The notes below the pieces were generated by a model. That model was given only the letters and a program-made list of their open reading frames with translations, was not told where the DNA came from and searched no databases. DNA of 64,000 bases from Prorocentrum cordatum (taxonomy: Eukaryota). A program made the translations under genes and the position numbers. Below, in pieces: positions 1 through 11,500 of this stretch. Location: positions 124,001 to 188,000 of the forward strand of contig CAUYUJ010000026.1 in assembly GCA_963575745.1 (NCBI GenBank). Reading direction: 5' to 3'. Each line of letters starts with the position of its first letter. Positions within the stretch are counted from its first letter, which is position 1.

Positions 1-189
1 GGTCCTTTGCCTCATCCCCTGAGCCTCAGTCCTCCATCCTGAGGATTCTTTAAGGGGCCTGGACCTCGAGCTCTCACATGTCTTGGCGCATGCCCTCTTG
101 GGCGCGTCGCGTTTTGGCGCGTGCCTTCTTCGGGAACCAAGAGGGCCCCACGACCGGCCAAGAAGGCCCCGAATCGTCGCACGATCGTT

Positions 190-660
190 CCAAGACGCCC
201 AAGATGGCCCCAAGAAGCCTGTGTGGCGCCCTGAGAGAGCCTTCCCAAGAGGGCCCCGAAAGGCCAGCATCATCTGCTTCCTCTAGGGCTTTCAAAATGT
301 TTGTTGGGTCCTCGACTCTCCGAGGTTCCGACGCTCCAAGACGTCCCAAGAGTCCCCCAAAGCCGCCCCATGACGGCCCAAGAGGCCCTCAGGAGGGCCC
401 CAAAGATGGCCCAAGAGGGCTCCAAGACGGCCCCAGAGAGAGGCGCCCAAGACGGCTCAAGAGAGCCCCAAGCACGAATCGATCATCCGAGTCGTCCGCT
501 CCAAGAGGCCCCCAGAGGCTCCATGAGGGCCACACGAGGCCACCAAAGGGCCCCAAGAGATCCCCTAAGAGGTCCCCAAGACGCCCCAAGAAACCTCAAA
601 ACGGCATCCAAAAAGCATTAACCCGGCCTCCTGAAGGTCTCCGAGAGGCCATGAGAGGCC
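190..660 (-). repeat. Inverted copy of the GGCC(G/A)TCTTGG-type low-complexity dispersed repeat
   Basis: Repeated CCAAGA(C/T)GGCC(C) units, the reverse complement of the units that dominate 43.6-54.2 kb. Confidence 0.8.
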
Positions 661-2363
661 TACCACGACATCCGAACGAACATCCTAGAGGCCTACGACC
701 CGTGACGAAAATATTGTGGCGGGATGGTCCGACGGCCATTAGATATATGTACGCACGCGCGCATTGGCCAGCATAACTGGCTTCGGTTTTGCAAAGGATT
801 TCTCACAGCCAGTGGATGAACATGTATGTCATGGGCAAGTGCCTTGTCGATGTTGGTGTTTATCTGCTTGCGCGGCCTTTCGCATGGACTAGATATAGCA
901 CTTGCAGCGTCATTGCACGCGCGCTCACACTACAGCCGTGGCCTCTGGTACGAAGGAGTTGCTTCACGATGCGAAATATTATGAATGATTCAGAAACTGT
1001 ATGTTCGGGTGTGTGCGTGGAAGTGTCCCCGCCGCGCACGTAGATATATGCTACTCTTACTCTACTCGACCCTACACTCACTGCTCTTTTCTTTTGGGCT
1101 CCACCTCACTATGCTCGACGCAACTCGAATAGGTTCGAACGAAACTGCTGTACTCGACTCGACTCTGCGCTATTCTACTCTAGCTTGCCCGACACTGCTC
1201 GACAGGCGTTCACAAGCATGCCTAGGTCTGCCAGACTAGCCATACGTATACTGGTCCCGCGGGGGCGGGTACCCAACTGACCCTGACGGACAAGTAAGAT
1301 CTCGTGAAGCTGCTCGCACATCGCAAGTCTTTCGGAAAGCACCCCAAACAACTTCAACAAATCCTAGTTCCGCTTGGAATCTCTTCCAGACCTCTGCAAA
1401 GACCCTTTGAATTTTCTTGGGCAATCTCGGAATCGCCTGGAACCCTACTGGCCCGTCCGGAGAACTTCCTCGGACGGTACTGACCCGTCTTGGAACGCCG
1501 CTGGAGCACTCTTGGGCGCCTCATGCACCCCAAGAAGCTGAGTGGAGGAGAACAGCGAACGTTTCTTTGCTCGTTCGGTTATGGCGAACACACTCTCTCT
1601 CTCTTTCTCTCCCAACCAAACTGCACCCTCTTAAATCAAATCCAGGCGAGAACCACTTCGTACAGCCCGTCGTGTGAAGAACCTTTCGTTGTTCGAGGCC
1701 AACGAGATCTCCCCCTTCAAACTCGGCATTCGCTCTTATAACCGGATGGAAACCGCTTCGTACGACGAACTGGTTTCATTTCGGGAGTCGGGCTCGCGCC
1801 AGCGAATCATAACAACGAAGACCACCACGCCTTGTGACCAGCGGCGGGTAATCGCAACGACGCGAGCCACCGGGGCTGGGGACCGGCAGCGGCGAACCGC
1901 AACAAGGGAGGCCACCGGGGCTGGAGACCAGCGCCGGCGAATCAGAACAATGATGGCCAACTGGACCCGAGACAAACGACGTCGAATTGTAGCATTAAAG
2001 GCCAGTGGGATCCGGGACGGCGATGTCGACCAAGTCTAGCCACTCCCGGCGCGGGCAAGAGCCCATGGGGGGGAAGCAATGAGAAGGCGGAGGGGGAAGG
2101 GGTCCGACATCACATCGCCGACGGGTCCCCGGTGCCAGCACCGCACGTGCTTCTGGGCAGGCTGGGCCCAGGACCTGCTGGGCGACGCAGGCGCGTTTGG
2201 AAGCCTGTGCTCTTCTCCCCGGGGGGCCTTCTCTCCCCCGCACCCGAACCCGCAGCGCGCCGGAGTTTGCAAGCACAAGCGAGCGGCCGCGGGCGGGTGG
2301 GTTTTCTGCGTACGCGAGCAGGACAAACAGAATGGGCGGCCTCGCCATCGGGATCTGACAGAC

Positions 2364-2553
2364 GTCGGCGACGAACGAGGGGGGGAAATGAGAAGGAAAA
2401 GGCCTTCTCAGACGGCGGCGGGGCTTCTCAGAAGCCCCCGCGCCTTCTGAGAAGTCTTCTGTGGCTTAGAAAACTACCCAGAAGGCCGGGGGACTTCCGA
2501 GCCTTCTGAGAAGGCCCGCCCCTTCTCACTTCCTGCCCTCGCTCGCCGCCGAC
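2364..2553. mobile_element. ~190-bp palindromic MITE-like element, copy 1
   Basis: Left end GTCGGCGACGAACGAGGGGGGGAAATGAGAAGG is a near reverse complement of right end CCTTCTCACTTCCTGCCCTCGCTCGCCGCCGAC; internal CTTCTCAGA/TCTGAGAAG inverted units; second copy at ~32791-32992. Confidence 0.6.
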
Positions 2554-4154
2554 TGACGGATGGGACGGGGCTTCCATGCAACGGAGTGCAGTCCATTGGG
2601 ACTCTCGAACTATCGCATACTCAAGTTCTACCTGTCTTGGACCCTGACGTGCAGCGCGGACACGGGACCGCGCCTAAATTACAGTGAGTCCGCCGGTTTC
2701 GAAGCCAACGCGTTCGGTGCTGACCACGAGAAGGGGCTCGGATTGATGCAAGGGGTGTGCAACTGAGCACATGTATACACACATGCAACCATGTATTTCC
2801 CACCGCTGCTGTCCTACCGGACCCCCGGGAAGGGGGAGTGAGGAGGGGGTCGAAATTAGCCGGGACGAACGAGTCAGCGGGCCCCGCTTCCGACGCCTTG
2901 GCGATGTGAGAACCGCGCGGGCCGCGCAGGGGCGGGAACGGCAAAACTTTCGATGGGCGCGGCGAAGACGAAGCGTGCGCCGCGCAAGAACGCACTGCCC
3001 CTTCTTCTGGCACAGTGCGCGGCACATCGGCAAAGCCAGCACTTCGCCCGCTCTCGCGCGGCCCCGCCGCTGATGCCGCCGTCGTGCGATCCGGCGAACG
3101 ATACATGCGCCGCGCCCGCGCGGGAACGCCCCGTCCGCACGAGATGTGCGCGGAACTCGCGCGAGGGCGACCAGTCGCCCGCTCGCGAGGGGCCGCCAAA
3201 CTTGGCCAGTGACAGGTACAGTCGGGGCGTTGACCTAAGGAACCCTAAGTGAGGAACGAGGCTCCTTTTTTCCCATAAGCTAAACTCCGATTTCCCATGG
3301 AAATTCGCCAGCAAACCCTCGGCTAGCTGTAAGACAATCAAGGAGCACCAAGCCCCTCCCCCATCGAAAAGGGTTCCTTCTTCAGCGCCCCGACTGTGCG
3401 CGCCGCGCCACGGCGGGAGCGCCGCTGTCGGGCGCAGCCTGCGCGGCGCCGAGGCGGTGGAGACACCTCCGCCCGCTCGCGCGTCGACGACTCGGCGCGC
3501 GAAGCGTGGGCGCCGCGGCCCGGAGGAAACTCCAAGCGGGCGCGGCGCCGAGGCCAGAGCGACATTTCGCCCCCGCGCGCGGGCTTCGCGCCCCGTCCCA
3601 TTCCTGCCGCGCGTTTTGCGACGCGGGAAGCAAAAAACGCCCACGTGGATAGCAACGGCGTCGACTTTGTCTTGCTGCCTGCGCGCAGGATGGACTGGCC
3701 CCCCCCCCCCCCGTCTGTGGTGGCCATCGGCGGGCCAGGTGGCAAAGTGTATGAACATATACGAATAGGTAAGGATGGGGAAACGGGGAAAGAGGAAGGG
3801 AGTGGAGGAGCTAGGGAAGAAGTCAGAGGGACGAGGGGGGAGGGATTCAGAGGAGGAGCGGCGGATGAGTGGGAGAAGGAGGACCAATGATGATGACGAG
3901 GCGGATGACAGGTAATGATGAGGACGATGAGGATGATGAGGATGAGGAAGGCGGCAGAGGACGAAGTAATGATGTGGGCAGGTGGGGTGGCTTCCTTCTC
4001 CTCCGCTTATCCTTCTGATTCCTCCTCCCGATCATGACTATTATAGTTATCGCCATCACCATCACCATCAATATCGTCATCACCGACGCCCCCATCACCA
4101 TCGACATCAGAATCACCATGAGCATCCTCATCATCCTCATCCCCCAGAGCTCCT

Positions 4155-4725
4155 TTCTCTGCCAGAAGGCGCGGCACAAGTCGAGCACCTTTTGCGAAGC
4201 AGCAGCCGACGAGACACAGGCTTGTCGAGGTACCCCCGCGAGGCGCGACTCGCAAATCCGTCGGGGCCCACGACCGCCCGATCAGCAGTCTGGCCCTCGC
4301 ACGGCCGCGCACAGTCGTCTGTTGAGAGCTTCGGCCCCAGACGAGGCCCATGCATTGTTAGGGGGAAAACAAACCTACCTCGCTTTTGACCACCCTCGCT
4401 TCCAAGAGATACCAAACGATGCCAAACTACGGCCTGCGCTGGTCAGGCCGCTTGACGAGGAGGCGCGTGGTATAACTTGGTTTTGCCTGGAAGCGAAAGC
4501 GGGGTAGGTAATTCACGCTCTGATTCTCTGCCAGAAGGCGCGGCACAAGTCGAGCACCTTTGCGAAGCAGCAGGTCGACTAGACACGGGCGTATCGAGGT
4601 ACCCGCGAGACGCGACTCCCAAATCCGTCGGGGCCCACGACCGCCCGATCAGCAGTCTGGCCCTCGCGCGGCCGCACGCAGTCGTGTGTTGAGAGCTTCG
4701 GCCCTCGACGAGGCCCATGCATTGT
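4155..4725 (+). repeat. ~200-bp direct repeat, two copies (4155-4358 and 4524-4725)
   Basis: Both run from TTCTCTGCCAGAAGGCGCGGCACAAGTCGAGCACC to GACGAGGCCCATGCATTGT. Confidence 0.9.
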
Positions 4726-4744
4726 AGAAGGCGGAACGCAGTTA

Positions 4745-4892
4745 TGCCTATGCATTTGCCTATGCATTTGACTTTGCATTGTCCTATGCATTATCCGCCT
4801 ATGCATTGTCCGCCTATGCATTTGCAAATGCATAGGCGGACGAGGCCTATGCATTTGCCTATGCATTGTAGACGAGGCCTATGCATTGTAGA
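4745..4892. repeat. Minisatellite of CCTATGCATT (ATGCAT palindrome) units
   Basis: About ten (C)CTATGCATT(T/G) units in ~150 bp, abutting the end of the methyltransferase reading frame. Confidence 0.85.
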
Positions 4893-5560
4893 AGGGGGTA
4901 GGGCTCGGCGATCTTGGGCAGGAAGACCACTTTGTCGCTCTTTCCCTGGGTACTGGAGCGGGGAAGCCCCGAACGCCTGCACAGACCATGTTTAGCTCCA
5001 AGGCAACGAGCACTGGCCAACTCGGCAAGGTTCAGGCGGGTGCTCAGGAACGCGGTCGACTCGCGAAACGGCCCTCCCCACATGCAGAAGTCAGTCACAG
5101 TAGCCGTGATACGTTTGGACCTCTGCAATATCAGCATAGCGGGGCAAACCCAGATACGAGACCGTGCTGGTTTCTCGAGGGATGCCGGGATATTGAGGAT
5201 CATCGCGTCACGCACGACCGCAACTGAGAAGAACATTAGCAGGTTGCCCACGCGAACTTTGTCATAATCGATGGGGCTCAAGCCTTCCAAGCCCATGGGA
5301 TGAGTATCCGCAAGTAACGGCGGCGGCCCTGGGCGCGCATCTCGCGCCCTGGAGAAGGAAGAACACGGAGTCCCCAAGTGCGCACCGATCACGTTCCCTG
5401 AACTGATCCAGCCCTGGATGCGGCTGCGGTTCCGGGCCAGGCGCAGGTCGTACTCGGGCCCCTGCTCGATGTCCCACAGGAGGACGTTCACGCCCTCTCT
5501 CGAGACGGCTTGGCCGAGCCGCCCAGGGCCCGAGAACACCTCGAGGCAGAAACGGGCTTG
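4893..5560 (-). pseudogene. C5 cytosine DNA methyltransferase domain carried by the DIRS element
   Basis: LEVFSGPG (motif I, FxGxG), WDI..G..YDL, HLGTPCSSFSRAR (motif IV, catalytic PC), SLEKP (motif VI, ENP altered), DFCMWG, AEPYP. Confidence 0.8.
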
Positions 5561-5619
5561 GGGCTGGGCGCTGCCTGACAAGGCCGGCCGAGGACGATGG
5601 CGCTCCGCGAGCGCTCGCG

Positions 5620-6250
5620 ATGCAGCGCGTGGGCGAGGAGCTCGTCCGCCAGCCCGTGGAGTATCTGGCCGATCCGACTCCCTTTCGAGCCCTGCCGGAC
5701 CGAAACCCGCGATCGCCGGCGCCCTCGGGGCCTCGCGTCCTCGAGGGCCCTCAAGCCCGACGCGTAGCCGTGCGAGGCGCCGCCGTGCCTGAGCTGGTGC
5801 ACGTGGGCGTCTCCCAAGTGCTTGTCCAGCGCGAGGCGCTGCGCGCCCCCCTTCAGCACCGGCGCCAGCTCCTTGAGCGTCTGGCCGAATGGCGGAGAGC
5901 TGGGGCTGCGACCTCGGGCCAGCGCCTGTAGGGCGGGGCCGATGGGGGGCGTGGCGGCTGAGGTTTAGCCTCGGCGAGTTGTCGAAGACGTTGGTCTTGG
6001 ACGGCCTTCCCCCCTCCGAGGCGTGCAGCGCGATCGCCCGGCCGGGCGTGCCTGCAGCGCCGGGCACCGGCGGCGCCAGGGCCGTCGCTGGACGCGGCGG
6101 GTCGAGGCGCCTGAAGCCCTGGAGGGCCCTGTGGCTGCGCAGCTTCAGCGCCTCCGCTGCCTTCTGGAACCCCGTGAAGAAGGCCGCCGCCGCGACCTCC
6201 GCCTTCTTCGGCGCCGGCGTCCGCGCGCCTGGGTGACTGGCGCGCGAGGC
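5620..6250 (-). pseudogene. Tyrosine recombinase fragment (frameshifted, catalytic Tyr apparently lost)
   Basis: RALQGFRRLDP, RPSKTNVFDNS, HVHQLRHGGASH (HxxR box), RGRRRSRVSVRQGSK where RGRW...SVRRY is expected. Confidence 0.7.
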
Positions 6251-6514
6251 TCGCGTGCCCTCCAGCCCTGACTCGCCTCCCGCCAGCGTCGCCGCGGCCG
6301 CGGGCCGCCGGCGAGTCGCGGGAGACCCAGTCGCCCCGGCCAGCGCAGACGAAGAGAGGCTCGCCGTCAAGCCTTCCCGAGCCGACGCCCGCCACTGCGA
6401 CCGGCCCCCCTGCGGGGGCGGAAGCGCCACTCCAGCGTGGGCGACTGCCGGGGTCGCGGTCCGAGTATGGAGGAGCATGCTTCGCGAAGTCGAGCGGGCC
6501 TGGCGAAGCTGGAG

Positions 6515-7385
6515 CCCAAAGGCCGCGTGACGGGGAGTCCGCGACGTTCCACTCGGAGGGGGGCCAGCGATAGTGTAAAGAGGGCCCTGCGGCGAGCGAG
6601 AGAGCAGCGATCGACTGGGTCACCATTGTCGTGCTCTTGCTCTCACTTCGGAACCTAGTGACGGCCCCCGCCGTCGACTGCGAGCTCCCGAGAACCAGAG
6701 CGCGTTCCCCCAAGTTGTTCGAAACTCGGAGCAGATGTCGGAAACCATGCAGGGTAGCCTGGGCCTCGTGCGCCGCGATGCCCCCCCCCTCCTTGCGCCT
6801 CCGCGGGAAGTGCCCGACGACCGACCAGTCGAGCTCGATCGTGCTCCTCGGGGCCCCTGGGAACTCGACAACCCGCTTGGCGCGCCCGAAGCCGCGCGCG
6901 TCCCCGGGGCTCTCCAAGACACCTGATCCAGCTACGGGGGGCTGAGGGCGCTCGGCAGAGTCCAGCCTAGACCCCGGGCCGTCGTGGGCGGCGGCGATCC
7001 AGGGGGCCGCCTCGCGCGACCCCCCCGAGAGCGCAGCGGCCGCCTCAGCTTTTCGAGCGAAGTCCAACGCGTGGCGACGAGGTCCGAGAGCCGCGCCGGC
7101 CCCCCCCATCTCCAGCGCTCCGAGGTCCTCCCGACGCTGCGCGCCAGAGGGGCTCCGCAGCGTGCGGCGCGCGCCCCCGGCCCCCGCTCGCTGGCGTCAA
7201 CGGCCGCGACGGACTCGCTCCACCCAGCCAGAAGATCTCGCCAAAGAAGAGGGGCCAGACCGTCCCACAGAGCAGGCTCGCGACGAACTGACCCCATAAT
7301 CGGACCTCCTGGGTGTAATGCTCCCTCACGAACGCATGACAGGGCCAGAAGAGCGATGGCCCCTCCAGGCGCGCCACCCTGAGGG
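6515..7385 (-). pseudogene. DIRS-type RT connection/RNase H fragment (frameshifted)
   Basis: AGWSESVAAVDASERGPG (first catalytic Asp), HEAQA, ALVLGSSQ (expected D lost), RWPPSEWNVADSPSRG; spread over ORFs 7045-7404, 6932-7438 and 5853-7109. Confidence 0.75.
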
Positions 7386-7715
7386 TGGATCTGCGCATTT
7401 TCACAAAGAAATGCGCATTTCATTTTTCGGTGTTTCATCTGCGCGTTCCGGGGCCGCTACAAACGACAAATGCGCATGTGTGTTTGCTGTTCGAAATGAA
7501 ATTTGCGCTGTTTAACCATATCGTTGGAACGGCGACGCCGCTTAAAATGCGTACGGCTTGCGCTTTTGGTGAAACGGGAATCCGCAAACCAGAACCATCC
7601 TTGCGCATTCTCGAACACAGAAATCCGTAGATTGATCGGACAAATGTATATATATACGTATGTATGTATGTATGTATGTATGTATGTATGTATATATATA
7701 TATATATATATATAT
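7385..7715. repeat. AAATGCGCAT-rich tract followed by (TATG)n/(TA)n microsatellite
   Basis: Repeated (AAA)TGCGCAT(TT) units at 7390-7610; (TATG)n and (TA)n at 7645-7715. Confidence 0.7.
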
Positions 7716-8099
7716 TAAGGTATACGCCTTGTGACTGGACGAGGCCCTGCCGTGCAGGTCCCATCAGGTGTTCCAGCGTGCACGAAAAAACAACAACTCA
7801 ATTTACCCTTTCCTTCCCTCCTCCATCCACACTCGGTGTTCCCCTTCTCTCCTCTTTCCTCGAGGCTCCTCCTCCCCTTCCCCATCCTCCCTCCTCTTCC
7901 TCCTCTTCCTCCTCCTCCTCCTCCTCCTCCTCCCTCCGTGGGGGGCCACCCTCTTCGTGCCGATTTCACCCGCCATCTCGGACCCGAGGTTCCTAGGAGT
8001 TGCGTGGGTTCTGCCTCCTGGCCTCCAGAGCTGGCGGGATCTGGGGGCGAAGGTGGCATCGGCTCGGCGGCGCGTGGAGGAGAGTCACTGAAAGAGGGG

Positions 8100-8112
8100 C
8101 AGACGAGCAGAC

Positions 8113-8150
<38 letters not shown>

Positions 8151-8460
8151 CAAACAGACAGACAGAGACAGACAGCCAGACAGGCAGACAGACAGACCAA
8201 CAGACAGACAGACAGACCGACAGACAGACACACAGACAGGCACACACACACACACACTTTTTACCGCCCAGCGAAGCACAGACACAGACAGACAGACAGA
8301 CAGCCAGCCAGCCAGTCAGCCAGGCTGGCAGACAGACAGACCGACAGCTAGCCAGCCAGCAAGCCAGCCAGCCAGCCAGCCAGCCAGCCAGACAGACAGA
8401 CAGACAGTCAGCCAGCCAGCCAGCCAGACAGCCAGACAGGCAGGCAGACAGACAGACAAT
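8100..8460. repeat. Compound (ACAG)n/(AC)n/(CCAG)n microsatellite
   Basis: Directly visible. Confidence 0.95.
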
Positions 8461-8514
8461 GTCGGCCACGACAGCGAATCGCGCAGCCCATTAGGGCCCA
8501 GGGTTTCGGCAAGG

Positions 8515-11500
8515 ATGCCCGCTCGCGCGGGCTTCACAGATGCAGCTGTGGTGGCGTCTGTGATCAAGGCGAACGTGCAGCGTGCTGGGTTTGTGAAGGC
8601 TTGTCGTCCTCCCCCTCTTCCTCCCAGTCCTCCTCCTGTTTCTTCTCCTCCTCCTTCTTCTCCTTCTCCTCCTCCTCCTCCTCCTCCTCCTCCTCCTCCT
8701 CTACCCACTCCTGTCCTCAAGCCCTCGTGTCTGGCCGTCGTCGTCGCCGTCGCCACCGCAGAACATCAAGCTCACGGCTGAGAACGCGAAGAGGGAGCTA
8801 GAGAACAACAGGGCGTTCTTCAGGTCACTCGGCGAGGCCAGCGCGCAAATTCAGAAATCTCACCAGAGGCCTCAAACGAGTTCGGAAAGCTTCTTGGGAC
8901 CTGGAGGGGAGAGAGATGGGGAGGGAGGGAGGGGGGGATCAAATGAGTGGGGAGGGAGAGGGGAGGGAATGAGGGATGGAGGAGGGAAGAGGGATGGATG
9001 GAGGGAGGGAGGAGAGAGGAGGGAGGATGACGGGAGGAGGGATGGAGGGCACCAATCATGCCGCCACCAGGCGACTGGCGGGAACTTCTACATCAAGGTC
9101 GATTGCTTCAAAGAGGCCTTGCGGGAGTGCTGCAAGGAGCATTTCAAGGCGATATGGCCTACTCGTCTCTTCCCTGCCCCCCTCCCATTCGTCATCGTCG
9201 AGTCGACATCGTCAAGGTCGTCGAAGTCGAAATCCTCAGCCCCCCGCCCCCCTCGTCATCGTCGCCGTCGACGTCAGTCGTCGAAGTCGATATCCTCAGC
9301 CCCTCCTCCCACTTCGTCATCGCCACCGTCGCTGTCGATTTCGTCGTCAAGGTCGTCGAACTCGAAACCTTTAAAATCGAGTTCACATTCGGAAGTCTCC
9401 TGGACTTCGTCCAGGAGACTGCCCAAGGGGTCCGGGAGCTTTTGGCGACATGCTTTTTCAGCCCTGGAACCTTGTGGGGCATCTGCGGGCCCTGGGTGCT
9501 CTAGACGCGATGAGGTGCCGAAGGCGATTTCCCGATCCCCAGCAGGTGAAGCAGTCGGAGAAGGGCAGATACATCAAAGACATGAGCCAGCGCCTCGTCT
9601 TCTTGCGTAAGGATCCGGGGGGTCGAAAGCGATTGAGGGGAGGAGAGTTCGCGGAGGAGGAGGAGGAGAAGGAGAGGGGGGGAGGAGGAGGAGGAGGAGG
9701 AGGAGGAGGAGGAGGAGGAGGAGGAGGAGGAGGAAGAGGAGGAGGATGAGGAGGAGAAAGAAGAAGAGGAGGGGGAGGTTCTGAAACCTACCTCGAAAAC
9801 CGCTGGCCCTCGCTCGCCGCCACCGACGCTCCCACGGCACACGCCCGGAGGAGGAGGAGGAGGAAAAAGGATGGGAAGGAGGAAGAGGAGGAGGAGGCGG
9901 AGGAGGAAAATGAGGATCAGCATGAGAAGGAGGATGAGAAGGATGAAGAACAGTAGGAAGGTGAGGAGGAGGAGAGACCCCCAGCAGGATCTGCAGACGC
10001 GCCTGCGCTCGCAGACCAAGTGGGCGGTTGATATCGTCGGCAAGGCCGCCTGGCGATCAACGCTTGCCAATACCCCATCTTGATCGGATCCAGAGGAGCG
10101 AGGAGGGAGAAGGGAGAGGGGAAGGAGGGGGAAGAGAGGAGAACAGGAAGGGAGGGAGGGAGGGAAGGAGGGAGGGAGGGAGGGGGGAGCAGGAACAGGA
10201 GAAGAGAATCCCCCTGCGGTCCCTCCCCCTCCTCCTCCTTCTCATCTTCCCCATCCTCCACGACCTCCTACTCCTCCTCATGTTTCTCCTCCTCCTCCTC
10301 CTCCTCGCGTTCCCCCTCCTCCTCCTCCTTCACCTCCTCCTTCGCCTCCTCCTCCTCCTCCTCCTCCTCCACTCCAGCCCAAGAGCGCGGAGGAAATCGT
10401 GCTTCGCGCCTCGGCCCCATCTAGATTTGTTCCAGAGTTCATCCAGAGTCAATCGAGACTCATAGCCCTGTTCTCTCACAGGTCAATGAATCGTTGGATA
10501 GCTTGGACGTGGCGACCGACTCGCTGCCGCCCGACGGCATAGCTGAGAAAGATGGCGGCGCAGCAGAAGACAGCTGGGAGGAGCAAGAGGAGGGCGAGGA
10601 AGAGCTCGACGACGAGGCGAAGGACGAGGAGGAAGAGGCTTCGGAGATCGCGACGGGCGCCTGGGATGAGGAGGCGGCTTCAGAGGTGGCGAGAGGCGCG
10701 GCGCAGACACGGACCCCACCTTTGAAGAGGCCTGCCAGAGCGTCGTCCAGCGATGGGCTCGCGGACCAGACGAAGGAGACGGGGAGGGGGGATGATGGCG
10801 ATGCCAATTCGGATGATGAGTCGAGATGGTCGTCGATATATTCTTATTTGTTAACGCGACTCGCACGTGCACGTACCAGCTGATGATGCATCGACGCACT
10901 CGGCTACATGTCATGACTTAGTGTAGGTTCGGCTTGGGGCTGCATGTCATGACTTAGGTTCGGCTTGGGGCTCGGCGTTCGACGTGGATTCGAGCGTCGA
11001 CGAGCAGAGCGATGATCAAGAGGAGTGTGTCGTGGGAGAGGGAAGGTTCAGTCACCCCTTCCTCCTCTTGATCCTCCTCCTCTTCCCCCTCTTCCTCCAT
11101 CTCCATCCTCCTCCTCCTCCTCGTCTTCCTGCTCCGCCTCCCGCTTCTCCTCTTCCTGCTCCTCCCCCTCCAATTCTTCGTTCTCCCAACCCCTGTGAGG
11201 CCCCGCATCCATCCACCTTTGGGGCCAGGGCCTTTTAGGGAATTCGGCGAGGGGGGAAACTTGTCTGACGACCTGGACCCCCCCCCCCCCCTCCCCCCCG
11301 AAGACTCGGAACTGGCCCCTCCAGGGCGCCCAAGGACCTGGGTACTTGGCCTATTACGTCCACCCCCCTCGGGCTCATCTGTCTGCCCCCCCTTCTGGGA
11401 GGACGGCCCTGGCACGGTGTACGAGTACGACAGCGAGCTCGATTCGGCTTGGCGCCAGCGTCCGAAGGGCATCAAGGAGTACACGGACAACCTCGAGCAC

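Larger units (their letters stand above)
4893..7385 (-). mobile_element. Degenerate DIRS-type (tyrosine recombinase) retrotransposon: RT C-terminus/RNase H, YR, DNMT
   Basis: In order on the minus strand: RT-RNase H linker (FVREHYTQEVRLW..VRRE...LLWRDL), RNase H (VDAS...RWPPSEWNVADSPSR), YR (SKTNVFD, HQLRHGGASH), C5-MTase motifs; several frameshifts. Confidence 0.8.
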
